A model generated the notes under the pieces. It made no database searches. It saw only the letters and a program-made list of their open reading frames with translations, and was not told where the DNA came from. Below are positions 1 through 12,972 of a stretch of 47,843 nt of DNA, piece by piece. Origin of the DNA: Chiloscyllium plagiosum (taxonomy: Eukaryota). Numbering within the stretch: the first letter of the stretch is position 1; each line of letters starts with the position of its first letter. The stretch covers positions 22,407,174-22,455,016 of the forward strand of contig NC_057719.1 of the NCBI RefSeq assembly GCF_004010195.1, read 5' to 3'. A program made the position numbers and the translations under genes.

Positions 1-99
1 AGAAGTGTAAGAAATTGGATCAAAGCCAAGAATGCAATGAAACATGTGTAATGAGGATTCATCAAATGAATTTTCTTTTTAACCTAGTTTTCCAATCAA

Positions 100-191
100 C
101 CTGTTCACGGATGTTATTATACACCTCTGGATCAGGTGGGACTTGAACATGGACCTCCTGATCCATGGCTAGGGACACTGCCACTGCACCA
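100..191 (-). mobile_element. tRNA-derived SINE head fragment
   Basis: Minus strand TGGTGCAGTGG (A box) and GTTCAAGTCCC (B box); a related degenerate copy lies at ~13930-14163. Confidence 0.55.
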
Positions 192-380
192 ACCCCAAAG
201 CTATTTGAATTTAAGCTTCACCAGCTGCTGTGATAGGATTTGATTTTGTTGTTTCCACAGCATTTAGAATCCAAATCCAATGACATTACCACATCACCAC
301 AGGATAAATCTTGAAATACAATGCAAATGGAATGATGTAGAATTTCAGAGTGGCTTCAAGGCACAGCTACTCTGCTGATA

Positions 381-1393
381 GTCAGAATGACAGCAATGGA
401 AAGTGTGGGAGTTAGAATGAACATTCATTTGCTTTTATACTAGATTGTCTTTATTCAGGTGGACTGAACTTGCTCAGTACCTGATTCAAATGGAGTTAGT
501 GTGCATTGCCTTCTGCAGATGCTAACTAAGATGTGAAGGGATCCTGGAGAGATTTAAATGGAAGGGTGAGAAACATAAATTTGGAGTGTTTGACATTCTA
601 AATCAGGGCAAATATTTGAATAAGCTGATATTTATGAAGTCAAAAAGGATGGCGCTGGAAAAGCACAGCAGGTCAGATAACATTTGGGGAGCAGGTCATG
701 GAGAATGGAAAGAAAAGGGGGCGACTGGGTGCAGTGGAGCATAACAAAGCAAGGCTGAGATTTTCAGATGGGCAGAGGGAGGAGCAAAACATTTGCAACA
801 GCAACTGAAAGGAAAATGTAGCAGAAAGTAGTGTTTGTGATGAGGAATATATGTCAACAGTTGGTCAGAACATGTTTATTCTGGTCAGAATGACAGCAAT
901 GGAAAGTGTGGGAGTTAGAATGAACATTCATTTGCTTTTATACTAGATTATCTTTATTCAGGTGGACTGAACTTGCTCAGTACCTGATTCAAATGGAGTT
1001 AGTGTGCATTGCTTTCTGCAGATGCTAACTAAGATGTGAAGGGATCCTGGAGAGATTTAAAAGGAAGGGTGAGAAACATAAATTTGGAGTGTTTGACATT
1101 CTAAATCAGGGCAAATGTTTGAATAAGCTGATATTTATGAAGTCAAAAAGGATGGCGCTGGAAAAGCACAGCAGGTCAGATAACATTTGGGGAGCATGTC
1201 ATGGAGAATGGAAAGAAGAGGGGGCGACTGGGTGCAGTGGAGCATAACAAAGCAAGGCTGAGATTTTCAGATGGGCAGAGAGAGGAGCAAAACATTTGCA
1301 ACAGCAACTGAAAGGAAAATGTAGCAGAAAGGTGGAACTAGTGTTTGTGATGGGGAATATATGTCAACAGTTGCTCAGAACATGTTTATTCTG
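381..1393. repeat. Head-to-tail tandem duplication, units 381-883 and 884-1393
   Basis: Both units start GTCAGAATGACAGCAATGG and end CATGTTTATTCTG. About 9 substitutions plus a 7-nt indel (GTGGAAC) counted by eye. Confidence 0.95.
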
Positions 1394-1867
1394 GTATGAA
1401 TAGATATGTTCAGTTTGCGCTGAGGTTGTGAATGAATGTGTTCAGCCTGTTACAATGGTCACAGTATGTAGTGATGAGTATGTGGAGCCTGTACTGCTTC
1501 CCAGAAGAAGTTTGGCAAAACAATGGAAACCCAGTAGCTGGTGATGTGGTTAAGCCAGATTTGATCATTACTTCAAGCAGGGTTAATGAAGCATAGGAAT
1601 ATAATCATTTTCACTTGAATCCCCAATCCTCTCCATTGAAAATCTGTCCAATTCTATCCTCATAACATCAGCAACCTCCATCCCACTCCATCATCTGTAC
1701 CATTGAAACAAAACCAACTCGAGGTTGCATTGACCATGCGCTTGCTATGTGTTAGTTCATTCATTTCAACAAGATGTGATCACTGCCCTAGTCAAGAATC
1801 TATCCAGCTCTATCTTGACAATGCTGCCAGTCAGCTCCCACTGCCTGGCTGGCAAGGCATTCCAGAT

Positions 1868-1985
1868 GTTCTGATGAAATGTCGCATTGTTTTCTTCCCA
1901 TAGATGCTGCCAGACTTGCTGAATTTCACCAGCAATTTCTGTTTTTGTTTCAGATCTCCAGTATCTGCAGTTCGTTTGTCTTATT
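1868..1985 (+). mobile_element. Degenerate PLE 3' end
   Basis: GTT-CTGATGA at 1868-1877, then AGATGCTGCCAGACTTGCTGAATTTCACCAGCAATTTCTG..., similar to the 32.2-32.8 kb copies. Confidence 0.7.
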
Positions 1986-4350
1986 ACTAAAGAGGTCTTT
2001 TAGCTTGTAACTTGAAGTGTGCAATTCCAAAGGAGAATTGATGTTCATTGCACAGTGTGGTCCAGATGGCTACATAACAGCACTCATACCCAGTTCAGAG
2101 CTAAATAGACTGAAGCTGAGAAACAGCTCAGAGAAGCAACTTAGTTGGTAGTATGGAGATTTGGGACCTTGAATGGAACCTTTCTACGACTCCAGTTTAG
2201 CTCTTAGTCACTGGACTATATAATCCCGAGTAAAGTGTATACTTTTCCCCACAAGATGCAGTAAATAATGAGGTAGAAAATGTTTGCACTTTTTTGGAAA
2301 AGAAAATTCCAATCAAAGGGTTAACATGCAGATGGTCTGAAATACCTGGCTTACTGTGTCGTATGTTTACCTTCACCCGACCAGGTGTCATGCTGTTCAG
2401 TCTGCGATGATAAATTGTTTAGATTTCAGAATTTGCCATGAAAGATTACAGATGGTCAAAAAAAGAGCTTCATTGTACCACAGTTAACAGTTAAGACCTT
2501 GAAACAACCAGGGGCAGGAAGTTGTCTGCGGCAAAGAATCTTGATGAATATTAAACAAAGACCCCCTGACACAACTTTCAAATAATTGTGAAGGAACAGC
2601 ACCTAGAAACCAAAATGTCGAGTATAATATTGTTGATTTTCTATTTTTTAAATTTACTGCATCTAAATAATTTTTATGTTCTAACTAAAATTAACTGTTA
2701 AACAACTTTAATTGTATAGTTTATCTGGCACAGTAGCAAATGTGAAAAATGCAACTGCTGTCATGATTTTGAATGTACAGCGTGGAATGAATTTTTGGGA
2801 TTCGAGGCACATCTAACCTGTTTTTTTTTAATTATTGAATGGATGGAAACTCCTGCAGATCCTACCATCTCCAGGCTCCCAATATATGCTTCCATTTGTG
2901 ATGCTCCAAATCGAAAGTTCAAATGTGAAGGAAATGACTGTCCTTTTGGCCAAACTATTATCACCTTAGTACACCTTGTGGTCTAACACTGAGACAGAAG
3001 GTCCCAGGTTTTTCCCTAGTCCAATGTTTCCACTTGTGGCTTAATTCAAAATCTGAGATTGTACATCATAAATGTAAGCTATTCATTAAGAAACCTAATA
3101 AGGATTCCAAGAGAAATGCCTCTGATCAGAAATTGGTTAGAATGTGATACTTGATACAACATAGAGTACTGAAAAGTGTACAGGTGCATTTAAAGAAGTG
3201 AAGAAGAAAGGAATAGAAGATTAAGTTGACGTGGTGAGATGAAGTAGAGTGGGAAGAAGCTTGTGCGACTATCCTCTAACCACTTGCTCACATCACCACC
3301 CTCTCTCCAACCAATCAGACCTGATCACATTACCAAACAGACCTATCGCAAGACTCACCTGCCCACTTGTCTTTCTACCCAGTCTCACCCACATTCACTA
3401 CCTATGTACTCATGCACTCATTCATCTATTCACCTGCTCATTCACCTACTCAATAACATTTGAAGACTGGATACTTAAACTTACCATGCAGTGGATAATC
3501 TCATAAATGGAAGTGTGCCCTTTCTTCCCCTGACTCCACACTAGTTCAGTGAAATTCCTAAGGATCGCTGCGCTCTATGCTTCCAGAAAAGCCAGTCTCA
3601 AAAGGTCCCAAAAGAAATGCAGAGCAGCATTGTGTTGGCAGAGCAGTAATCTAATAATGACTGCTGCCTCTTGGAAGATCTGCGCCATTAACAGTGTTTC
3701 TCTGTCTACTTTGTTTTTATCTCTGAGTTGCTGCAAGTGTTTGTCCTCATGCTCCACAAGATAAGCAAAGCGACAATGGTGTGCCTTTTACAACAGATCA
3801 TTAAAATGGGCATTGCATCAAAATACAACAAGGTGCTAAATTATCCTCCTGAAAAGTGTGAACAAACAAACTATAATTTTAGATTGGCAGACCAAGCCAA
3901 AACCTCTTTGACTTGTGGAACCATTCCTGTCTAGTAAAGGATTAGCAGGCAAATATGTAAAATGAACCACCTATATCAGCCATGATGTAAGAGATCATAT
4001 AACAGCAAACTCTAGAGAGAGATGATTCTGGGTACATTCTCATTTAAGTGTAATAGAATATATTGTTAGCAGAATGTGAAATACCAAAACAATCCTACAA
4101 CCAGCTTGGATTCTAATAGTTACTCTATAACTTACCAAGGAAACAACCATTTCTAAAATGCAGCACGATGATAATGGAATTACAACATGGTAAAATCCAT
4201 CGGCGTAGACAATAATGATTTATGAAAGTGATTAATTGATAGGGGCTGGTTAGCTCAGTTGGCTCAGATTATGGTGTCCTCATCATGACTGAGGTGATTC
4301 TTAGAATTAAGCTTCTTGTCTTGCTCCTTTATGCTATCATGGCAAAAATA

Positions 4351-4529
4351 TGATTTGGAGTACAAAGTTAAAAATCACACAACACCAGGTTATAGTCCAA
4401 CAGGTTTAATTGGAAGCACTCTAACTTTTAGAGCGACGCTCCTTCATCAGGTGATGAAGGAGCGTCGCTCCGAAAGCTAGTGCTTCCAATTAAACCTGTT
4501 GGACTATAACCTGGTGTTGTGATTTTTAA
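4351..4529. mobile_element. Palindromic PLE mini-insertion (second family) with 13-bp target-site duplication
   Basis: CATGGCAAAAATA at 4338-4350 and 4530-4542. Inverted arms ~4367-4449 / 4452-4530, centred on the HHR core (TGATGAAGGAGCGTCGCTCCGAAAGCTAGTG). Confidence 0.88.
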
Positions 4530-4629
4530 CATGGCAAAAATAATGATTCATAACTCTCAGTTGATGAGAATGTTATGTGAAAAGAGAGCAAAATTGTGCT
4601 TCACATAAATATTGGAGCTTTTAGAGTTT

Positions 4630-5600
4630 ACAACTAACAGGGTAGATAATGGGGAATATGTATGCATATGGGATTATTGGATTTTCAACAAGCATTTCAA
4701 GTGCCACACATCTAAATTAGGGCTCATGGAATTGGGGTAATATTTGAGCATGAATTGAGGTTTGATTATCAACAGAAAATTAAGAAGTATGAATAAGAAC
4801 ATTATTTGGTTGGTAGGCTGTAACAAATGGGGTACCACAGGGGTTAGTATTGAGGCCTCCGATTTCTACAATCTATGCTAATGACTTAAAGACAGTAATG
4901 TGTCCAAATTTACTAACAATACAAGACTAGCTGGGAAAGTAATCAGTGGGAAGTTGCAAAGGGATGCAAATACATATAGATACGCTAACTGATGAGGCAA
5001 GAAGGTGACAAATGGAACATATTTAAATACAAGAGAATGGAAGTCTTGGTGTGTTTGTAGTATGGAAGTATTTCTGCAATTGTACACACCTGGTGTATTA
5101 TGGAAGTTAAGTCTCTGCAGCTAAGGAAGAATATATTTGTCTTCAAGCTAACTTAATGAAGATTGGCTAAACTGATTCCTGAGATCAGAGCTTTGTGCTT
5201 TTGAGGAGAGATTGAGAAGAATGTCCCTATACATTCTTTTTGTAAGGAAAATGAGAGATAATCTTATCTCATCACAGCACTTAAGATTCTGAGAGGGTTA
5301 GGTAAAGTGGATACACAGATAATCTCATGATAAGGGGTTGATTATTTAAAGCCAGGATGAAGAGGGATTTCTTCACTCAGAAAATTGAGAACTTTGAGAA
5401 TTCTCTGTGCAAAAGCTTGTTGATGCTTAGTCAGTGAGTATATTGAAAACTGAGACCAATAGATCTTTTGGATCTGAGAGAACAGTGATATGGGGATCAC
5501 ATAGGATAGTGGAGTTGTGTTCAAAGATCAGCCAGATATTATAAAGATAGAAAAGGCTTGATGCATGACATTGCCTTCTCCTGCTCCTATTCTTATGATT
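4630..5600 (+). mobile_element. Old CR1/HER1-like LINE fragment
   Basis: Decayed LDFQKAF (TTGGATTTTCAACAAGCATTT), GVPQG (GGGGTACCACAGGG), TTTCTTCACTCAGA and ...CTCCTGCTCCTATTCTTATG tail. Confidence 0.8.
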
Positions 5601-6499
5601 GTAGTCCTCTATTTCCAAGGCCCATATTCTATATTTGTAGTTTGAGAAAAACATTAGAAATTTTGGCTTCAAAGCTCAACACAAAAAAACAGCTGTTCAG
5701 AAGTTTTAGGTATCCATGGAACTGTATCTTTAGAAACTAAGGGACAGAAACAGAACAGCAAAACAAAGTTGTAGTATTGGAAATACAAAAACTTATCTGA
5801 ACAAAAAGAATCATATAATGGTTACAGCATAAAAACAGACTATTCAGCCCATTACTTCTTAGGCACCTCTCTGCAAAAGCAAATCAGCTAGGCTTACATC
5901 TTCTCCCATCCTGTTCCTGTGACCTGCAATTTGTTTCTTTTCTGGTGATCATTTAACTCCCTTTTGAAATATTGTCTGCACCAAACTTTCAAACATGAAT
6001 TCTTGATCCTAACCACTTACTGCCTTAAAAGCAATCCTTTCATCTGTACTGTAGGGTAAAAGAATGAAGTAATGTAATCCATGCAAAACTTCTACCTGTA
6101 TTCCTGTGGTTCTGTGACTGAGATAATGTGCATATTTCACTAGTAGGTTTAAATTTTAGGTATCCACAGTCAGTAACAGCATAAATGAGCTCAACTCATC
6201 TTAATTTGTCCTGCTCCACCTGCACAGAACTGAACTAATTTGGAACTGCAGATAAAAAAGACTGTGAATAATGCGAGCTCTATCTTGTCGAAATGGTTGC
6301 ATTGCATTTTTAATGTCTGTTGGACCAATCGACTGAGTTTCACTTTAACATTCTACTTGAAGGACTGGAGTGCTGACAGTGCATGCAGTGCTTCTTTAGT
6401 ATCATATTAAACTTTCTAACTGCAGGATACTAGCAACTGAGGCAAGTTGACAGTATGAGCATGATTCATTTTGTTCAATGGGATTTGGGATAATTAAGT

Positions 6500-7130
6500 C
6501 GAGAGGCTATGGAACTGCAAATGCAATGGAATGTGAATAATTGCATGGCACACTGAATCAGGAAATGAAAGAAAAGTGTTCATAATAATGAATGTTAATT
6601 TTAAAGAATGTGAAAAGTAGCAAAGGATTCAAAGTACTTCCTGAATGTATCCAATTACTGTGAATGTTACCAGTAAGGCTTATCAAATACTGAGCAGATC
6701 TGAAGTGATCTGATTATGCAAAGCAGTCATAACTTATTTTTGTTATTGCCAGATCATTGTTCATGTCATAATTATAATGGTCTAGGCAACTTACTTTAAA
6801 AAGGACAGTGATGCTCTGGTGAAAGTTCACAGGAGAGTGAAAAGGATTAGACTGAATCTTAAAATTCCAAGTTATGAAGAGGGCCTCAGAGAATTGTTTT
6901 ACTCTGCACTGGGGGAAAGTAACTTAAAGCATATAATCCTTGTCTTCAAAATACTGACAGGCACTGATGATGTAGATTTAAGTAGACTGTTTAGCTTGGA
7001 CTGTAGCCACTGATTCTAGAAATATGAAGACAACCTCAACACACCTATAATAAACTAACAGATTAGAAGGAATATTGTTTTTCCCACGTAATGGGAGATA
7101 TGTTGAACAGTCTCAACAAAAATCTATTAA
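6500..7130 (+). mobile_element. Very old CR1-like fragment
   Basis: Residual W.M..N..KC (TGGCAAAT-like/TGGAATGTGAATAATTGC) and KVHRR...PSYEE.L.EL segments. Confidence 0.5.
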
Positions 7131-7713
7131 TTTTGAGTTTACACACAAAACAGCTGTAAAAGTATTTATTTGGAGGTAGTATTGACAAATCAATTGTATA
7201 AAGCCAGTGTCAAGCACTTTGAAAAGAAAACAGTTATTTTGCGATTCAGATCAAATAAATTCCACATCTTCAAACGATTGAATCAGGCAGATTCAACACT
7301 ATTTTAATCCATCTTCTGTGTTGGAATCAGGCTCACTGTAGTTGCTAGAGGAGTTTGGAGAGTTGCTCTGAAGCAGTGATCGTGAAATCCTGAGTCTTTC
7401 ATAATACGGAGCAAAAACATTGTCTTCCTGATATAAATGCATACTTTTTGTCAATAGCTGGGTGACAGAATCAAAGGCTCCATTGTGCTCCGATATTTCA
7501 CATGTGATATTGTCAATGGCACAACACAGTGAAAGTTAATAAAAGTCATTTTAGCTTTCAGCTTCTGGTATTCCTCTGTAGTTGTAGTCAAGATGTTTAA
7601 TATCAGATTGACTGCTTATTGAAAACTCTGACTAAGGTTTCTTTTCCACTTAGGTTTAAGGGTAAGGTCAGCTGGGGTGAACAATGGGAAGAAAACCAGT
7701 ATTGCTTGGTTTA

Positions 7714-7840
7714 CATCCTGCAGAAGGGTTAGACCTGAAATGTTGACTTCTCCACTTCCTGATGTTGCCTGGCTTGCTGTGTTCTTCCAGCCTCCTGCTT
7801 GTCCATCTTGGATTCCAGCATATGCAGTTTTTTTTTCTCT
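7714..7840 (+). mobile_element. Degenerate PLE 3' end starting at a decayed HHR
   Basis: CTGCAGAAGGGTTAGACCTGAAATGTTGAC followed by ...GCCTGGCTTGCTGTGTTCTTCCAGC...TTCCAGCATATGCAG tail; TGGTTTA on both flanks. Confidence 0.7.
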
Positions 7841-8155
7841 AACCTGGTTTATATTATTGACACAAGTTATCCTATTATCCTATTAATCTCACAGATAAAG
7901 ATCGACTTAAAGTTCATTCCTAATGAGTCCAATTGGCCTAGCCAAGAACATTTCAGATACACAGATTTCTAATTGTATATTCTGTTCAAAGTATGTGACA
8001 GTAGTTAATGACATACAAGTGAAAATTTTATGTTCAATTTCCAGTGGGGAAAGTATGTTTGAAATGGACACCTGTCTGAAATAGACCAATAATATAGAAA
8101 TCTTATTAGGCAAACCACATGAGAGATTTCAACATAATAACTTCAACTGCATCAT

Positions 8156-8440
8156 GATTAGATTACTTACTGCGTGGAAACAGGCCCTTCGGCCCAACAA
8201 GTCCACACCGCCCCACCGAAGCGCAACCCACCCATAACCCTACCCCTTACCTAACACTACGGGCAATTTAGCATGGCCAATTCACCAGACCTGCACATCT
8301 TTGGACTGTGGGAGGAAACCGGAGCACCCGGAGGAGAACGTGCAAACTCCACACAGTGGGTCGCCTGAGGCGGGAATTGAACCCGGGTCTCTGGCGCTGT
8401 GAGGCAGCAGTGCTAACCACTGTGCTACCTTGCCGCCCAC
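8156..8440 (-). mobile_element. HE1-like tRNA-derived SINE (V-SINE type)
   Basis: Minus strand tRNA head with A box (GTAGCACAGTGG) and B box (GGTTCAATTCC), TGTGTGGAGTTTGCACGTTCTCC core, CR1-type tail GTTGGGCCGAAGGGCCTGTTTCCAC and TAATC repeats. Confidence 0.9.
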
Positions 8441-8462
8441 AAAGTTGCTTGTAAAATCTTAG

Positions 8463-9027
8463 TTGCTAAGATTTTACAAGACCTTAATCAGACCACACAA
8501 GAAGAGTTCCCTTATTTAGGGAAAGGTAAGCTGCCATTGGAGGTAGTCCAGAGACTTTTCACTAGATTTAACTTGAGCATGGAGGAATCTATTTGTGAGG
8601 AAAAATTCAGTAGGCTGGGCCTGTGCTGATTGAAGTTTTAAAAAATGAGAGGTGACTTTATTAAAAAATACAAGATTTTTAGAGAGGTTTATGGGGTAGA
8701 TACAGAGAGGTTGTATTCACTTGTGAATGAGTCGGACCAGAAGGCAAAATCTCGCAGCAAGGAGTTACCCATTTAAGACACAGATGAGGAGGAATGTCTT
8801 CTCTCAGATGGTGGTGAATCTATGGACTTCTTTGCTGCAGTGGGCTGCAGAAGTTGGGTCATTAATATTCAACCCTGGGCTGGACATACTTACAAGGGAG
8901 TCAGTGGTTATTAGGTAAAAGGCTGGAGAGTGTAGTTAGGATTAACAGATCAGCCATGATTTCATTGAACGGGTGGAGCAGACCAGATGGGCTAAATAGC
9001 CTACATCTGCTGTTATGGTCTAGTGGT
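8463..9027 (+). mobile_element. CR1/HER1-like 3' fragment
   Basis: LLRFYKTLIRPH-like start, ATGAGAGGTGACTTTATT, QMRRNVFSQMVVNLWTSL, GATCAGCCATGAT...GGGCTAAATAGCCTAC tail. Confidence 0.85.
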
Positions 9028-9126
9028 CCCCTCCCAACAATTTTCTACTTGCAGTTGTGTAGGCACTGACTCATACTGAGGTATGCCTCAATCAGGGAAA
9101 GCAACTTGCTGTTTCCAGTCTTAGTT

Positions 9127-9234
9127 GGAGACAAAAACACTGAAGATGCTGGAATCCAAGCAGGAGGCTGGTAGAATACAGCGAGTGAGGCAGAATCAGG
9201 AGATGGAGAAGTCAACGTTTTGGGTATAACCCTT
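9127..9234 (-). mobile_element. Degenerate PLE 3' end truncated inside the HHR
   Basis: Reverse complement resembles 7722-7840 (AAGGGTTATACCCAAAACGTTGACTTCTCC); TCTTAGT on both flanks. Confidence 0.7.
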
Positions 9235-9899
9235 GAATATAATCTTAGTGGCTATTGTACCACTGTTTAATGGGTTATGCATAATAGTTAACAGCAAGAG
9301 GGGAAGACACAAATTAAACCGAGAGTTTTTAAACATCAATAATCTAGACAAATCAAGGAGTAATTATTTTGTATAAAACACTTGTTTTGATTTAATTTTG
9401 GATGTTAGTGCCATCGTTCATCAAAATTAAAAACAAATAACGTGCTTGTGCAGGGAGTGCACATAATAATTTCATACACCAATATAGAGAAGATATAACA
9501 GAGTGGCATGATTGTAAATTCAAGTCACAGAGCCAGGAAATGAGCAACAGAAAAAAAATCAGAAGTAGCAGAGCAGAAGCGAGAGAAGAAATCCAGAATG
9601 TTAGCAGCGGAATCCTGCAGTGTATTTATACATAGTGATGAATTTAATCTATATATGCAACTAAAACTGCTGATTGTTTCCTTTTTTTTGAATATGTAGA
9701 TATTTGAATAAAGAAACCATGTATTTCAGCACTATGCACATAAAGACATTTAAATAATGTCAAAGTGACAGACACACAGACACACCTTGCCATAACGTGC
9801 CACACAACACAACTGCACCAAATTGCTATTTTATTTTAGCACAGTACACAGGTCATTACAGTGAACATTTCGTATCATTATTATAACTTTCTCTCTTTT

Positions 9900-10735
9900 G
9901 ATTCATTGTTGTCATATGTATTGAGATACAGTGAGAAGTGTTGTTTTGCTTGCTGTACAGGCAGATTGTATCATGAGGAGTGCAGAATACTATGTTATAG
10001 TCACAGAGATGGTTCAGAGAGAGAGATTACAATTTAAAAAATTGAGAGGTCCACTCAAAAGTCTATTAACAGCAGGGAACAAGCTGTTCTTGAATCTATT
10101 CCTACATGTATTTGAACTTTTATATGTTCTGCTCATTGGAAGAGTGTATAATCAGGGTGGGAGAGGTCTTTGATAATGTTTTCCCGAGGCAGCGGGAAGT
10201 ATACATGGAGTCAATGGACCGAAGGCTGCTTTTTAGGTTGTGTTCTCAACTCTCTGTATGTTCTTGCAGTCTTGGGAAGAGCAATTGCCATGTCACACTG
10301 TGATGTATTTGGATAGGATGTTTTCTATGATGTATTTATAAAATTTGGTAAGAGTCCTAATGGACATGCCGAATTTCCCTCGCCTCCTGAGGAAGGACAG
10401 ACGTTGTTGTGCTTTCCTGAGTATTGCGTTGGCATGGGTGGACCAAGACAGATTGTTGGTGATGATCACTCCCAGGAACCTGATGCTCTCAACCATCTCC
10501 ATTGAAGCAGATGGGGATGTGTTCTCCACTCCACTTCCTGAAGTCAATGACAAATTCCTTCATTTTGCTGCCTTGATGCAGAGATTGTTGTCATTACACC
10601 TTACTGCTAAGCACGCAATCTCTTTCCTGTACTCTGTCTTGTCATTGTTTGAATCTGACCTGCAACGATGTCGTCAGCAAGAATGTAAATGGAGGTGAAT
10701 TTGGCCGCACCATCATGAGCGTATAAGGAATATAC
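9900..10735 (-). mobile_element. Rex1/Babar-type LINE remnant (RT C-terminus and 3' end)
   Basis: YSLYAHD..AKF...LADD and VESIRFLGVIITNNLSWSTHANAILRKAQQRLSFLRR.GKFGMS..TLTKFY..IIENILS.YITV, frameshifted. Confidence 0.85.
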
Positions 10736-12355
10736 AATTTTTAACACTTTTAGAAACAGTGAGGAGTACAAAAGAAATTTAAAGAACACCTCCATCACGA
10801 GTCTACGTCTGATTTAGCTTTATACGTTATCAAGGCTGCACCAATAAGACCCGTGAACTACTATAGAAATTAAACAAAAGTCATGAAGAAAACACAAACA
10901 TTGCTCGAGAGAAGGATGGGACGGATGTGCCATTTCAGATGTGATACTATTGCAGTATAGATAGCAGGGTGATGAGCCATCAGCAAACAATGACTTTCTA
11001 GCCTTTCAACGTGTCAGAGCTGGCCTACACTACTCAGACAGAAGGCAGTATGATTTTACAAAAAAGAGAAAATTGACACACCTAAAAACAAAACTATAAT
11101 GTCTTCCCAGACAGAGAGACATATGTAATTTTCTTGAGGAATATCTGTAATAAGAATTTTATCTCTGCATGTTTAAACACACCAGTATAATGCCTCTATT
11201 ATACCGAAGGTGTTGATATTATGTCAGTACCGTGTGTCTATTAGGCAGAGTGCCCAGATACACTGGGAACTCACAATGCTTTGGGGAAAATGCTGGGGCT
11301 CCAGATGTGGGTGCACAAATACAAGAACAAAGCTTGATTCACTGACCTGCTGCTGTGTTACTGTATGTTTAAGTAAGTATAAATGGCTAATGGAACAGTT
11401 AACCCCTTTGAGTCAGAATAAAAATAGCAGTTGATGTTTGAATGTTGATTAATGGAAGGTGAGTAAAATACAATTGGATGGTGGGTGCAGTCTTTTTGAA
11501 CAGGTTCACATTTTCCTGCTGGTGCATTGGTGAGTGCAGGTTAGGAGCACCATCCAGACATATGCTGTGTAGGCCTCACAGCCACTTTGGCCCCCAACTC
11601 AAATTTGAAGATGCTGATTTGACTCTGCAGTCTTCTGGCTTCCAATTCTATATAATAGCCAGAATGTTCCACAGCCAGTGATCATTCCCTCTGTTGCAGA
11701 CACTAACCCTACAGCTTAAGTGCAAGTCTGCACCTGGGGAATGCTAGGCCAATGCGTCAAGTTGATTCTACGTTGAAATCAGGTCAAATCAGGTAAGCAG
11801 CAATTGGGTGTATTCCACCTGACCTGTGCCTTGAGGGTGGGGTGGAGATGGAGGAAAGTCAAACCCAAGACGATGCCAAATTAACCTAATCTGTCAGAAA
11901 ATATTACTGACAGTACTTGCGTAGTGTGTATATATTTTGTGCCAAGTCAACTAATTATTATTTATATCCTATGATATCAGTCTAACATGTGCTGTATACT
12001 TCAGTGTTTTAAGAAAATGGCTAATTTAGAGGTATGCCTTTGTTGATTTCTTTTCATTATCAATAGCTTTATCATCCATTAATGCAATATTTTGCCGATA
12101 CCCTGGAAAAGTTGTAAGTCAACATGATACTTATCTGTGAGGGTCTTCCTTCATGGCCAGTGAATGTAGATTAATCAAATGGGAGACATTTGAAAAATAA
12201 TGTCAATAAGTTGGTTGGAGCCATTCAAAATGTTAACTAAAACTTCTAATTTATCGAGGAGATATTTGTGGAGCTATGGTGGAAGAGCAGGGGAATGGGA
12301 CTAATTGTATTGCCTTTTAAAAGGACTGTGACAGACATGGTTCCACTCCTATGTT

Positions 12356-12585
12356 GATTAGATTAGATTTCCCATTGAGTAATATTCCTAACACTGGGCA
12401 ATTTAGCATGGCCAATTCACCTGACCTGCATATCTTTGGACTGTGGGAGGAAACCAGAGCACCCAGGGTAAACCCATGCAGACACAGGAAGAATGTGCAA
12501 ACTCCACACAGACAGTCACCCAAGGCTGGAATTGAACCTGGGACCCTGGTGCTGTGAGGCAGCAGCGCTAACCACTGAGGCACCA
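12356..12585 (-). mobile_element. HE1-like SINE, internally deleted
   Basis: Same head and core as 8156-8440; GATTA tail repeats at ~12356-12368. Confidence 0.85.
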
Positions 12586-12844
12586 TATTCCAGCCAAAGT
12601 CAAACTGGGAACTTTATCATGGATTCTTTCCCCAGCTTAAATATAATAGGAGGGCTGATAACATTTCGAAATGGTGTCGATCTGAACACCTAATTTGTTT
12701 GTCTGTCATGGGTGATAGGCCCCTTCTCAAATGCAATCCACCATTTCAGGTTGGAACTGATCAGATAGGGTACTATGAGCTTTCTAGTCAGTTCCACTGG
12801 TAATGGAACCAAAGAGGCTTAACCAAAGAAAGTTGAGAAGTACT

Positions 12845-12878
12845 TTCCTGAAGAAGGGCTCATGCCCGAAACGTCGAT
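12845..12878 (+). ncRNA. Minimal hammerhead ribozyme motif
   Basis: CTGAAGA-A-GGGC-TCAT-GCCC-GAAAC-GTC (12848-12875): intact core with canonical GUC triplet; stem I only ~2 bp. Confidence 0.75.
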
Positions 12879-12972
12879 TCTCCTGCTCCTTGGATGCTGC
12901 CTGACCTGCTGCGCTTTTCCAGCAACACATTTACAGCTCTGATCTCCAGCATTTGCAGTCCTCACTTTCTCC
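12845..12972 (+). mobile_element. PLE 3'-end fragment beginning at the HHR
   Basis: High similarity to 20332-20457; starts TTC-CTGAAGA. Confidence 0.9.

Noticed and set aside
3270..3455. CAC/CTCA-rich stretch with short ORFs
   Set aside because: Degenerate low-complexity repeat.
4367..4530. DNA-transposon MITE interpretation of the palindromes
   Set aside because: The arms are not terminal on both sides, flanking repeats vary from 9 to 15 bp among copies, and the arms carry PLE-type HHR motifs.
8350..8440. tRNA gene
   Set aside because: A/B boxes belong to a SINE head continuing into core and LINE-type tail; no complete cloverleaf.
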